NCBI GenBank assembly: GCA_951406725.2
Contig: OX597833.1
Location: 69,874,001 to 69,938,000 of the forward strand
Source: Octopus vulgaris
Taxonomy: Eukaryota
Direction of reading: 5' to 3'
Length of the DNA stretch: 64,000 nucleotides
A program made the translations under genes and the position numbers. Shown here piece by piece: positions 1 to 12,725 of this stretch. The notes under the pieces are model-generated. The model had not been told where the DNA came from. It saw only the letters and a program-made list of their open reading frames with translations, and ran no database searches. The first letter of the stretch is position 1, and each line of letters begins with the position of its first letter.

Positions 1-305
1 ATATTATTAGTGAATTGAAGAAATGGAGTTGAACGAATATTGAACAGAAATCGTTTTATTGCATTCTACACGTGTTTCGTTGGCCATGGGCTCTTAGGAG
101 CCTCGTTCGATTTGTTTTGCTCCGCCTCTGTTCTGTTTTTGTTTATTCCAACGGATTTCCTATTTCTTCCTGAAGAGAAAGACACAATATGGTCTCATTA
201 TTCAATCGGAATTTGGTAAATTGTGCCTTTCGAAACACGTGTAGAATGCAATAAAACGATTTCTGTTCAATCTTCGTTCAACTCCATTTCTTCAATTCAC
301 TAATA

Positions 306-309
<4 letters not shown>
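1..309 (+). mobile_element. Penelope-like (PLE) non-autonomous piece with inverted pLTR copy, abutting (TA)n
   Basis: 1-79 is the reverse complement of 231-309 with one mismatch; hammerhead motif at 167-246; ends in (TA)n. Confidence 0.7.
167..246 (+). ncRNA. Type I hammerhead ribozyme motif (long stem II)
   Basis: ttc-CTGAAGA(170-176)-GAAAGACACAAT...ATTGTGCCTTTC-GAA-ACACGTGT-A-gaa; palindromic stem III; stem I only 3 bp. Confidence 0.7.
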
Positions 310-337
<28 letters not shown>

Positions 338-785
338 ATATATATATATATATATGTTTATACATACATACATATGTGTATATATATATATATATACCTT
401 GTAGGTTTTCTATGTCCTATAGGATTTCTTGTGTTATCCACCATTGTCTTTTTGGCTCCAAGGTTGTTTTTGCTCGTTTCCTACTTATTTCGTCTTTGTC
501 GTCGAAAATTGCATTTTTACCCCCTTCGTATATCCACTTGGTGTTGTTTTGTTTTTTTCCTCGACGCCGTACAATCACCGCGTCTTTCGCGGACACCGCT
601 TCTTTGGCGGACACCGCCAGCATGAGAAGCTCTCAGTGTTATCATTAATGATGCAAAACTGAGTAATACCATTTGGTTGATAACTGAAGAAGAATTAGGA
701 ACCTTCTGTGTCTGTCTCCCGTCTGGTTCTACACTCAGTATACCTTATGTCGTTTTTTATCTGTCGTAGTTTCTTTGCAATGCAT

Positions 786-1170
<385 letters not shown>

Positions 1171-1490
1171 ACTGATAGGTACATACCTACGTGCACACAC
1201 GCTAGTAGACACACGCTCACACAGCGAGGTGCTTTGCTATCCTGTGTCTGAGTAAATACTATGGCTTCAGAGCCACCATCAGTGTGTATTGGGATTTTGG
1301 TTTTTCTTTTCAATTCATCACATCATATGGTTTGTTAATACCGTGTGTGATTTTCCAGTGCTGCCTCTCTTTAAACTGTTTACTTTGCAGCGTAGAAGTA
1401 CCCATTAAGCCGACCATAGCCGCATACAGACAAACATAGAGATATTTATGCGTCAGTGAGATGATATATAAACGTGTGTGTGTATGGGAG

Positions 1491-1521
<31 letters not shown>

Positions 1522-1985
1522 TAGAGAGTGAGACAGAGAGAGTGTGTGTGTAATTGCAGAGGAATTTTTAATAGTTCTTCCAGCGAATTATATAGATTTT
1601 TTTCCTTCTTTTTTTGTCTTCGTAAATATCGATTTTCTGATAAACTCTTAGTTGCAATGTTAATAGATAAAAATAAATATATATATATATATATAAGCAG
1701 TAAATCGCATCATACTCGGCTATATTTCTTCCTCTCTTCTAACACATAAATTCGTCGTTTAGATGCGTCTCACATTTTATTTGATATATTTTATCCACGA
1801 ATTTATATGATAATATTCCGAAAGAGATTTCGCCGATCTATTTGTAACAGGATTCACTGACCACTATCAGCTTTCTCTATAATTTATAATCAAACTGTTT
1901 GTTTTTTTTCTTGTGTGTATTTCTTATTTAAATCTGAAGCTGTCTACACCCTGCTTCATTATTATATATCTTAATATATTTCTTA

Positions 1986-2032
<47 letters not shown>

Positions 2033-2040
2033 CAAACGTG

Positions 2041-2283
<243 letters not shown>

Positions 2284-2836
2284 GTATACATACGTATTTG
2301 TATATATAAATGTATGTGTTTATTTTGTTTCTTTTTTGTGTTTTGTCCTTTGTTTTTGTTCCATAGTTTATGCATAACTCTCAATCAATAGATTCATGTC
2401 GTGTTCCGAGTTAAAAATTAATTATATTCAACTCCAAAACTGTAGGCTGTTTATATGAGCTTCATGCGCTAATTACTAAATATTTATCTAGGTTTATTAT
2501 GACCTGCGTTTTAAGAATCGATGACAAGAAACGGATCTGATCATCATAACTCGTTCCATGTAAAGAAACTGTTATAGTGATGGCATCAAACATGAAATCA
2601 TACACAACCTAATATCCGTCACAGACAAGCCTCCCAGCGTGAATATATCGTGCAGGTATATTAACAAATGTATAGCAGTAACAAACTAACTTATAATGAT
2701 ATCATGTGTCAATATGTTTATTCAGTGTTAAAAATTTTAAAAATGATGTTTTTAGGTGTCTTACTCTCAACGCCTTTCGATCTCGCTTTCTCTCTTTCGT
2801 GCTCTTTCTCTTCTCACTCTCTCTCTCCCTCTCTCT

Positions 2837-2904
<68 letters not shown>

Positions 2905-2905
<1 letters not shown>

Positions 2906-3218
2906 AGAAGAAATGCCTGTCGCAAAGTGTTTCGTAAAAGATGGAAGTCTATAGCAAGTATGTTGCGAGTGAAAGAACCTGTTTAATCGAGAATGTAAAA
3001 AAGGAGAAAGCAAAAGTCTTCAGTGTAAGTATGTGGTTTGTGGGGTCAACCGTGTCCTTCGCTTCATTTTTTGTTTATCTCTCATTCTCATTTAATTGCA
3101 TATATTTTACTTGTTTGTTTATTCATACCATTCGTCTCATTCGATACCATGACCCCAACGTTTGTTTTGTCTGTCCCTGTATTGTCCCCTCTTTTTCTCA
3201 ACCTTATGGTGAATAAAG

Positions 3219-3222
<4 letters not shown>
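2905..3222 (+). mobile_element. 3' end of L1/Tx1-like LINE (ORF2 C-terminus plus 3'UTR)
   Basis: EKKCLSQSV/RKRWKSIASMLRVKEPV resembles the C-terminal peptide at 60100-60290(-); ends ttgtctgtccctgtattgtcccctct...aataaagaaata. Confidence 0.5.
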
Positions 3223-3279
<57 letters not shown>

Positions 3280-3364
3280 TCCGATTATATTTCGAAATAT
3301 AATCACATATGAATCTTTGGCGACTTTTTTCTTCCGCCTTCCTTTTCTATTCGATTTTCCGCTG

Positions 3365-3397
3365 TTTCTGAAGAAGAGATTTGCTCGAAACGTTAAA
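3365..3397 (+). ncRNA. Minimal type I hammerhead ribozyme motif in PLE-like tail element (3340-3500)
   Basis: ttt-CTGAAGA-A-GAG-atttg-CTC-GAA-ACGT-T-aaa; intact core. Confidence 0.7.
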
Positions 3398-3630
3398 GAC
3401 TTTTTCACTTCCTGAGCGTTAAACTAATACAATTGTTTGTTGTCTACACCACCTCTCTACCTCTTTGGGTTTTTTTTTGTGAATTCACCATATATATATA
3501 AATATGCACACCTTCTTTACCATTCCGTCTTTGATATAGCTCTCCTGTTTTTTTAGTATGTGACCTCGTCTGTATCACTAGCGAATTTTTTCCCTCTGTC
3601 TTCCCTTCTCGGGACCTTTCCTTCTCCTAT

Positions 3631-3665
3631 GTTTCCGACGAAGAGCTCCGCTCGAAGCGTCAAAC
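3631..3665 (+). ncRNA. Minimal hammerhead motif with two core substitutions, in PLE-like tail element (3560-3760)
   Basis: gttt-CCGACGA-A-GAGC-tcc-GCTC-GAA-GCGT-C-aaac; stems I and II perfectly paired. Confidence 0.65.
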
Positions 3666-3755
3666 CCTCCTTCTTCCCTTCTTTCCTGAGCGTCCAATAA
3701 TACTTTATTTGTTCCACGTCCTTGCGTTGTTGTCTTTTTGCTTTCTTGTTTGGAT

Positions 3756-3794
<39 letters not shown>

Positions 3795-4430
3795 GACGAA
3801 GCCTCGGCATCTAGGTAGAAATTTCACTCCCAATTCAAAGAAGATGTAATTAATCCTACTAGGCTTCTCGGACGAGACTTTCTCACAATAATTCTGCTAC
3901 TGCACCACACCAGACGGTTACTAATTTTGCATATATCTTGCTATGTGTTAATTACAAAGAGGTGTTAAAGCTTATTATTGCTTGAGCGGTGTTTCTCTTG
4001 TATAATGGAGCGACGTTTCATAAACTAATACCATAAATTGCGGACTCCGCCCAGGCTGTATCAGGGAGACACAGACTTGCTGTAATCAATACAGCTAGTC
4101 AACAGATGGGGAAGGTTTCTCGTTGCGTATAAAAATCAAATATTCCGGTTTATTTCTTACACGACGTAATAATAAATAAATATTGATTCATCGATTAATT
4201 GATTGATTTATTGGCTTGACGGTTGGCTAGGTGGGAAGTTTTTATTTCATTTTATTTCACTTCTGTTTTTGCTTTGTTGTAGTTTTTTTCGTTAATTTCG
4301 CTGCTATACCGGGAAGAAATATAATCTGCACATTTCATGCAGGATGTGAAATATGTGTATAACAACTACAACAACAACAAAAACAATAATATTAATGAGG
4401 AGGAGGAGGAGGCGGATTTTAATAATAGGT

Positions 4431-4793
4431 TTACTCTTTTACTTGTTTCAGTCATTTGACTGCGGCCATGCTGGAGCACAGCCTTTAGTCGAGCAAATCG
4501 ACCCCGGGACTTATTCTTTGTAAGCCCAGTACTTATTCTATCGGTCTCTTTTCCCGAACCGCTAAGTTACGGGGTCATAAACACACCAGCATCGGCTGTC
4601 AAGTAATGCTAGGGGGACAAACACAGACACACAAAAATACACTCACGTATACATATATACATATATACGACTGGCGTCTTTGAGTTTCCGTCTACCAAAT
4701 CCACTCACAAGGCATTGGTCGAGGCTATAGTAGAAGACACTTGCCCAAGATGCCGGAACCATGTGGTTGGTAAGCAAGCTACCGATATGCGCC
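4431..4793 (-). mobile_element. SINE family B (tRNA-derived, internal TA/TG microsatellite; possibly the octopus OK family)
   Basis: matches full copy at 62459-62863. Confidence 0.9.
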
Positions 4794-5393
4794 TATAAAA
4801 TATTTTGGAGAAATGCTCAAAAACAAAAGCGAAGAGTTTGAGGTTGGTAACTGGGTCCTAAGTATCGTGGAAGGAGACCATGTGAAACCTTTGGCAACAG
4901 GTTGCTGCCAGCTCTTACCGATTCAACCGGAGCAAGTCAAATCGAGTTCTCTGAAAAGTAAAATGGAAATAACAATATATTTGGTTATTACAGTCCACAG
5001 GTGCACTGGAACTTCATGTGAAGAGAAGTGACCGAGTCCTAAGACCGTGGTATATATCTTTCAATTTTTGGCAATATACTAGGAATTTTGAGAAGAGAAA
5101 TTAAGTTGATTTTATGGACCCCAGTAGCTGACTGATACTTTATTTGGGTGACCCCGAAAGAATGAAAGGTAAATTTGAATCTGCCTAATAATCTGATCAT
5201 TTTTTTGGTTGGTGACTGATATTTAAGTGTCCTTCAAAAAAGCGTTGTAATTTGTCTTTAGTTATCGTTGCCTGTATAAATCGCAAACTTTGGCTTTTGC
5301 CCTCACTCAGCAGAGCGTAAACATCCTTCCGTTTAGTATCGGCTGAAAGTACACATCAATGGCTTAAATTCAAGAACCGTACCTCGGATTCAG

Positions 5394-5756
5394 TGGAGGC
5401 GCAATGGCCCAGTGGTTAGGGCAGCGGACTCGCGGTCGTAGGATCGCGGTTTCGATTCCCAGACCGGGCGTTGTGAGTGTTTATTGAGCGAAAACACCTA
5501 AAGCTCCACGAGGCTCCGGCAGGGGATGGTGGTGATCCCTGCTGTACTCTTTCACCACAACCTTCTCTCACTCTTTCTTCTTGTTTCTGTTGTACCAGTA
5601 TTTCTGTGTCACGCTGAATATCCCCGAGAACTACGTTAAGGGTACACGTGTCTGTGGAGTGCTCAGCCACTTACACGTTAATTTCACGAGCAGGCTGTTC
5701 CGTTGATTCGGATCAACCGGAACCCTCATCGTCGTAACCGACGGAGTACTTCCACC
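5394..5756 (+). mobile_element. SINE family C (tRNA head; OR1/OR2-like), full length
   Basis: A box tggcccagtgg, B box ggtttcgattcc; 13-bp TSD acctcggattcag at 5381-5393 and 5757-5769. Confidence 0.9.
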
Positions 5757-6904
5757 ACCTCGGATTCAGAAAATGTACGAGATTGTCGATCAGTTGTGAT
5801 CAAGCGCGCATCTGTTCCGTCCTCATGTTGAAGACGTGGGTTGAATAGACTGATTCGTGAAGCCGCGGATAGCAACCAATAATAATGAGGATTTCGAATC
5901 GGCCGTCTGTCTTTAGAAAGATTAAGGGTCTTCGAGATGTCAATAAAAAGGACGTCACGTGGTTGTCCTTGTTCTTGGCATTTCTGTTGTCATTATTGAA
6001 CTGAGACTTCTAATTCATCTGTGAAGTATTCAAAGCGAAAACCACCCTGATATACTGTTGTTCGTTTGTAATCTAATCGGAATCACAGGGTATAGATTCC
6101 TAATATTGCTTAGCAAAAATCATGTTGCTCCGTCTTTCGTCCTTTTACAGTGATACTAAATCCTTGTCTCTTATGACTACCCGCACGCTTGTTTCTTTGC
6201 CGCACAGAGAATACGCTTCACGCAGATAGTTTAACAGGAGATTATTTGCATATTTAGATGCCTCTTCCGACGCACAAATGGTGGAATTCCATCCAGTTGT
6301 GGTCCTTTCACCATTTGACAGTGCATCCAATACTTTCGAAATAGGGGAGCATCCCACGGTGGGTAGCACCCTGTTCGAAATAACTTCTCTCATTAAATTT
6401 CAGAACAGCGTTACATTCATCAGTTTATTTGGTTATTGTTATATGTAATAATTATCTCTTTGATTGCCATCGTTTTTAATAGCATTCTGTTAGTTTGTGT
6501 TTGGCAGTTAACATTCATTACTCTTTCGTAGATTCTATGGATATTTATTAAATCAAATTAAGAATGGTTGCCTACGCAGAATTATTATCCGTGTCATTAG
6601 AATGGCGTCTGGTAGCTTTGTAGGCTTTGCTACAAGCTAATTCTTGTATTGTGTAAGCTTGCCTGAGTGGAATCACATATATTCTCTACTAGCATTGTTC
6701 TACGATAGCAACAGCGGCTTTACATCAGCTCCTTTCAAAGCCAATCCGGTGCCTAGCTCCGTTTTAGAGAGTTATAGCGTTTCGTATAAACTAGCTCGAT
6801 ATGGGGAATCAGTTAAGAGAGAATCCTCTAGTTCATTCATAACCATTTTTAAGAAGTTCAAGGTTCATAGCTCGAAGTTCGAGCTTCAAAGCTGCCCCAT
6901 TATA

Positions 6905-7136
6905 TATTTCTTTATTGCCCACAAGGGGATAAACATAGAGGGGACAAACAAGGACAGACAAGCGGATTAAGTCGATTATATCGACCCCAGTGCGAAACTG
7001 GTACTCTATTTATCGACCACGAAAAGATGAAAGGCAAAGTCGACCTCAGCGGAATTTGAACTCAGAACGTAACGGCAGACGAAATACGGCTACGCATTTC
7101 GCCCGGCGCGCTAACGTTTCTGCCAGCTCGCAGCCT
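6905..7136 (-). mobile_element. SINE family A monomer (tRNA head, Meta-like central domain)
   Basis: B box gagttcaaattcc; central domain matching gcctttcatcctttcggggtcgataaa. Confidence 0.9.
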
Positions 7137-7660
7137 TAGAACGTAACCATTCCTTTTGGCAATATATTGTTTAATATTCTTATTTATAAGCGTTAATTCC
7201 TTAGTTACACGAAATTTCATGGTATTTCACCCCACAACTTTTCTTCAACTAATTTTTGTTCAATGCCACTAACGACTCTGAATTCCTCATACATTTTCTA
7301 TAATTTAAGCCTAAGTAAAATATGCGCTGTGCTGAATATATACGTACATATATACACATGTATGTATAGTATATATATGCGTGTTTGTGTGTATATATAT
7401 ACCTAAATGCACACTTATATACATACATAATTAAGCAGAATGGTATTACAATTAAAAGTCTTTCTGAATTGTATCACACTATGAAAATATTTCTCTAATT
7501 TATATATGTACATAGATACATTTGAACTTCCTACACAAACACATAACGTCATGTAAAATATATGTGCATGCATATTATATATATATACATATATACACAA
7601 ACACCTATGTATATATACATCCACTTGTAATTATAAAGAACTGGTGCAGACGTGAGTGTG

Positions 7661-7697
<37 letters not shown>

Positions 7698-8306
7698 TAT
7701 AGTATCGATCATACACAATATGCTATACTACATTCTTAATTACGGATTCGTATTACATAACTTCAAGTTCATCTAAGTAAAAAATATTTCGAATTTACTG
7801 AAAGTATTTAATGAAGGATTCACTCTAAAAAAAGTTTGAAATGCATCGAAAATAATTGAAACTTTTTTGGTCTAAATTTATAAATTAATGGCAATTGCAA
7901 AAAATTAAATATTTTATACTAATTTCAAAAATAACGAAATAAAACACCCAAAAATATAAAATAAATGAAATATATACATAAGATGTAATTTTAGAATAAA
8001 AAAAATTAAATGAATCTCTCTAAATGAATAATTCATTTTAGAAAAGTAATTCACGTGGCTTTGATAATTAATTTTCGTATTCTTTTACAGTGCACTCCTA
8101 GAAGAAATTAATACTGGAATGTTAAAAAAAAAGAAAAATAAATAAGAATGAGATACCCAGTTAGAATAATGGAATACATAAGTATTTTTTAATGGACTCA
8201 TTATTGCAAATAAAAGCATAATATTAAAAAAAATCTTAATGAGTGCTACAAATAATATGAGCAAAATACTGTTATTGAAATAGTAATAATTATATATATA
8301 TACATA

Positions 8307-8367
<61 letters not shown>

Positions 8368-8501
8368 CACACAAAATATGGGGGTTTAGTTCACTGGTAA
8401 TCTAAATGAACAGGTACGCTGGGTAAGTGTTGTGACGGATTATCAGGGATCCAAGCTCATGGGACAGGAGCTATGGATCCATTTTAGGCTTTCGATTTAG
8501 C

Positions 8502-8559
<58 letters not shown>

Positions 8560-8563
<4 letters not shown>

Positions 8564-8780
8564 GAAAGAGGACAACAAACGCCAAGACATAACGACCATC
8601 TCAAGTCATTCTTTATTTTATGTTATTCTTAAATTAGTTGAGATCTTACAGCCGTTTCTGGGATGTACAAGTGATAGGTAGTATTTTCAATATGTAGTGT
8701 GGGCAGGGTGCTAGAAAATGTTGCTTCCCTACCCGTATGCGATTACTGACATCCAGATTAGTTTTGATTCTAAGCCGTAG
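8560..8780 (-). mobile_element. PLE-like tail abutting (TA)n with 3' half of a hammerhead
   Basis: minus strand acatccca-GAAAC-GGCT-GTA-agatc; 5' core not recognisable. Confidence 0.4.
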
Positions 8781-9014
8781 CGAGAACAACCAACTGCGAA
8801 CTAGAAGATGGAGGACTCGAATAGACAAAAGAGCTTGGGGCCTGTTATCTATCCAGCTTTCAGAAAGTGTTAATACCAAATTTCTGTTTGCATCGAAAAA
8901 AGAACTGACTGAGCCAACATAACCATTTAACACTTGAAACCAGTCATCTGCGTGGGTCGTCTAAGAGACGTTGCGCCATCGAACATCGTATTCGACGGAA
9001 GGATCCACTGTATA

Positions 9015-10951
9015 TTCTTTTCTGCGCTAGGCACAAGGCCCGGAATTTTGAGAGAGGAGGTCAGTCAATTGGGTTGACTCCAGTACTCAACTGGTAATTA
9101 ATTTATCGATCCCGAAAGGATGAAAGGCAAAGTCAGATTCGGCGGAATTTGAACTCAGAACGTAGCGGCAGACGAAATACCTATTTCTTTACTACCCGCA
9201 AGGGGCTAAACACAGAGAGGACAAACAAGGACAGACAAACGGATTAAGCCGATTATATTGACCCCAGTGCGTAACTGGTACTTATTTAATTGACCTCGAA
9301 AGGATGAAAGACAAAGTCGACCACGGCGGAATTTGAACTCAGAACGTAAAGACAGACGAAAATACGACTACGCATTTCGCCCGGCGTGCTAACGTTTCTG
9401 CCAGCTCGCCGCCTTTACGGCAGGCGAAATACCTATTACTTTATGACCCACAAGGGGCTAAACACAGAGGGGACAAACAAGGACAGACAAAACGGATTAA
9501 GTCGATTATATCGACCCCAACGCATAACTGGTACTTATTTAATCGAACTCGAAAGTATGAAAGACAAAGTCGACCACGGCGGAATTTGAACTCAGAACGT
9601 AGCGGCAGACGAAATACCTATTTCTTTACTACCCACAAGGGGGCTAAACACAGAGATGACAAACAAGGACAGACAAAGGGATTAAGTCGATTATATCGAC
9701 TCCAGTGCGTAACTCTGGTACTTTATTTATCAACCCCGAAAGGATGAAAGGCAAAGTCGACCTCGGCGGAATTTGAACTCAGAACGTAGCGGCAGACGAA
9801 ATACCTATTTCTTTACTACCCGCAAGGGGGCTAAACACAGAGAGGACAAACAAGGACAGACAAACGGATTAAGCCGATTATATCGACCCCAGTGCGTAAC
9901 TGGTACTTATTTTAATCGACCCCGAAAGGATGAAAGGCAAAGTCGACCTCGGCGGAATTTGAACTCAGAACGTAGCGGCAGACGAAATACCTATTTCTTT
10001 ACTACCCGCAAGGGGGCTAAACACAGAGAGGACAAACAAGGACAGACAAACGGATTAAGCCGATTATATCGACCCCAGTGCGTAGCTAGTACTTATTTTA
10101 ATCGACCCCGAAAGGATGAAAGGCAAAGTCGACCTCGGCGGAATTTGAACTCAGAACGTAGCGGCAGACGAAATACCTATTTCTTTACTACCCGCAAGGG
10201 GGCTAAACACAGAGAGGACAAACAAGGACAGACAAACGGATTAAGCCGATTATATCGACCCCAGTGCGTAACTAGTACTTATTTTAATCGACCCCGAAAG
10301 GATGAAAGGCAAAGTCGACCTCGGCGGAATTTGAACTCAGAACGTAGCGGCAGACGAAATACCTATTTCTTTACTACCCGCAAGGGGGCTAAACACAGAG
10401 AGGACAAACAAGGACAGACAAACGGATTAAGCCGATTATATCGACCCCAGTGCGTAACTAGTACTTATTTTAATCGACCCCGAAAGGATGAAAGGCAAAG
10501 TCGACCTCGGCGGAATTTGAACTCAGAACGTAGCGGCAGACGAAATACCTATTTCTTTACTACCCGCAAGGGGGCTAAACACAGAGAGGACAAACAAGGA
10601 CAGACAAACGGATGAAGCCGATTATATCGACCCCAGTGCGTAACTAGTACTTATTTTAATCGACCCCGAAAGGATGAAAGACAAAGTCGACCTCGGCGGA
10701 ATTTGAACTCAGAACGTAGCGGCAGACGAAATACCTATTTCTTTACTACCCACAAGGGGGCTAAACACAGAGAGGACAAACAAGGACAGACAAACGGATT
10801 AAGTCGATTATATCGACCCCAGTGCGTAACTAGTACTTATTTAATCGAACTCGAAAGGATGAAAGGCAAAGTCGACCTCGGCGGAATTTGAACTCAGAAC
10901 GTAACGGCAGACGAAATACCGCTCAGCATTTCGCCCGGTGCACTAACGTTT
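9015..10951 (-). mobile_element. SINE family A concatemer: 186-bp head-less units (10 B-box units, two heads)
   Basis: gaactc at 9775, 9961, 10147, 10333, 10519, 10705 (period 186); junction ggtat|ttcgtc. Confidence 0.95.
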
Positions 10952-11020
10952 CAAAAGATGCACTGTATACTGTATACAGGTAAACTGTCAAGAATACTTT
11001 ATAGTCAACTCGATCTCCCC

Positions 11021-11056
<36 letters not shown>

Positions 11057-11555
11057 CTTTCTTTCTTTCTCTCTCTCTGGATATATACAGACGCACACCA
11101 TGCATTCCAATACACACACACACACACGGTTATATAAATATATAATATGAGATGTTTTGGTATGCAGAAAACCCGAAGGGCAGGTAAGGCTATACAACCG
11201 CAAAGGAAGGACCGCTGTTAAGCTCCCGGTTCAATAAGTGCACGAGTGAGGACTGTAAGGCAGGTCGTGTGTGAGCGTGTGTGTGAAATTATATATATAT
11301 TAAACACACGCACAGACACATGCAACGCTCATAAACACACGCAACATGCATAGATAAAACGTAACTGTCACCCACAAATATACTCTATACACATGCACAC
11401 TATTTGGTCACAGACCCTCACAAAAATACGTGTGCACACACCAGTTGAACAAGCAGACATAAACTCATACATACAACACACGTTACATTCACTCGTCCCC
11501 ATTCGCATACACACACCATTCTAATACACACACACACACACACACACATACACAC

Positions 11556-11748
11556 ATACCTATTTCTTTACTACCCACAAGGGGCTAAACACGGAGGGGA
11601 CAAATATGGACAGACAAACTGATTAAGTCCATTACATCGACCCCAGTGCGTAACTGGTACTTAATTCATCGACCCCAAAAGGATGAAAGGCAAAGTCGAC
11701 CTCAGCGGAATTTGAACTCAGAACGTAGCAGCAGACGAAATACCTATT
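11556..11748 (-). mobile_element. SINE family A unit, 5'-truncated inside the preceding unit's tail
   Basis: gacgaaatacctatt junction at about 11735-11748. Confidence 0.85.
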
Positions 11749-11862
11749 GCTGAACTTGGCAATTACCGCTTAGAACTGCAAATAATTTTTCCTTCTTAAT
11801 TCCCTTCAGATGAATCGCCGCTCTGCCGTTTGTTCCGCCACTTGACGTTCTGGGTTCAAATA

Positions 11863-12094
11863 TGTTTCTTTATTGCCCACTAGGGGATAAACATAGACGG
11901 GACAAACAAGGACAGACAAGCTGATTAAGTCGATTACATCGACCCCAATGCGTAGCTGGTACTTAATTTATCGACCCCGAAAGGATGAAAGTCAAAGTCG
12001 ACCTCGGCGGAATTTGAACTCTGAACGTAACGGCAGACGAAATACGGCTACGCCTTTCGCCCGGCGTGCTAACGTTTCTACCAGCTCGCCGCCC
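11863..12094 (-). mobile_element. SINE family A monomer
   Basis: full head and tail. Confidence 0.9.
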
Positions 12095-12269
12095 TCATAC
12101 ACTCATACATGCTCACGTTACTTCTTTGGAGTCACCATTACCGCTTTTATTGTCTCCCTTCCATTCAATGTCTTTGTTTTCCAGTCATCTCGCCATATTG
12201 GACCGCGGAGCTCTACACAGTTTTTCTTTTTATGATTTTCATTCCTTCTCTCCCCATCAATCTTCCTTT

Positions 12270-12402
12270 TTAATCCTTTTTCTTGAAGATCATAGGCTGG
12301 AAACGTAAAAGACTTTTTCCATTTTTCCCTAGCGTTAAGCTAATGAACCTGCTTGTTGTTCCAACACATGTCTTCGTCTGTTGCTTTCTGTAAATTTGAA
12401 CT
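12270..12402 (+). mobile_element. PLE-like tail with degenerate minimal hammerhead
   Basis: ttgaagatcataggctg-GAAACGTA-aaag; same tail as 3395-3490; ends in (TA)n. Confidence 0.55.
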
Positions 12403-12479
12403 ATATATATATCTGTCTATCTATGACTGTCTGTGTTTATGTATCTGAGAATATGCATGTTTGCTTGTATGTATGTAGC

Positions 12480-12549
<70 letters not shown>

Positions 12550-12553
<4 letters not shown>

Positions 12554-12725
12554 GTAAAATTTAGATTCAGTTGAATATAGTACTCAAGTTAAAGGCACCA
12601 GAATTTCGTATGGTTTTATCCATATAATTTAAAATGGGGTGATTATAATCAAATTAAGTAACAAGGATATCCAGAGGTAATGCAGTACGATCGTTTCATG
12701 TGACTCCATTTAATTGAATATTTCT
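12550..12725 (-). mobile_element. TA-embedded PLE-like tail with hammerhead 3' half
   Basis: minus strand GAA-ACGATCGT-A-ctgca; homologous to 36977-37160. Confidence 0.55.

Noticed and set aside
680-745. Hammerhead candidate CTGAAGA-AGAATTAG...CTGGTTCT
   Set aside because: Stem II pairs but GAAA is missing and stem I does not pair; at best a relic.
4005-4070. Minus-strand GAAACGTC with ggagt/gctcc stem
   Set aside because: No CUGANGA core or stem II.
5394-5470. tRNA gene
   Set aside because: It is the tRNA-derived head of a TSD-flanked SINE, with no proper acceptor stem.
9773-10615. 280-aa ORF with 62-aa repeats; array superficially CRISPR-like
   Set aside because: Antisense read of 186-bp SINE units; no unique spacers or cas genes.
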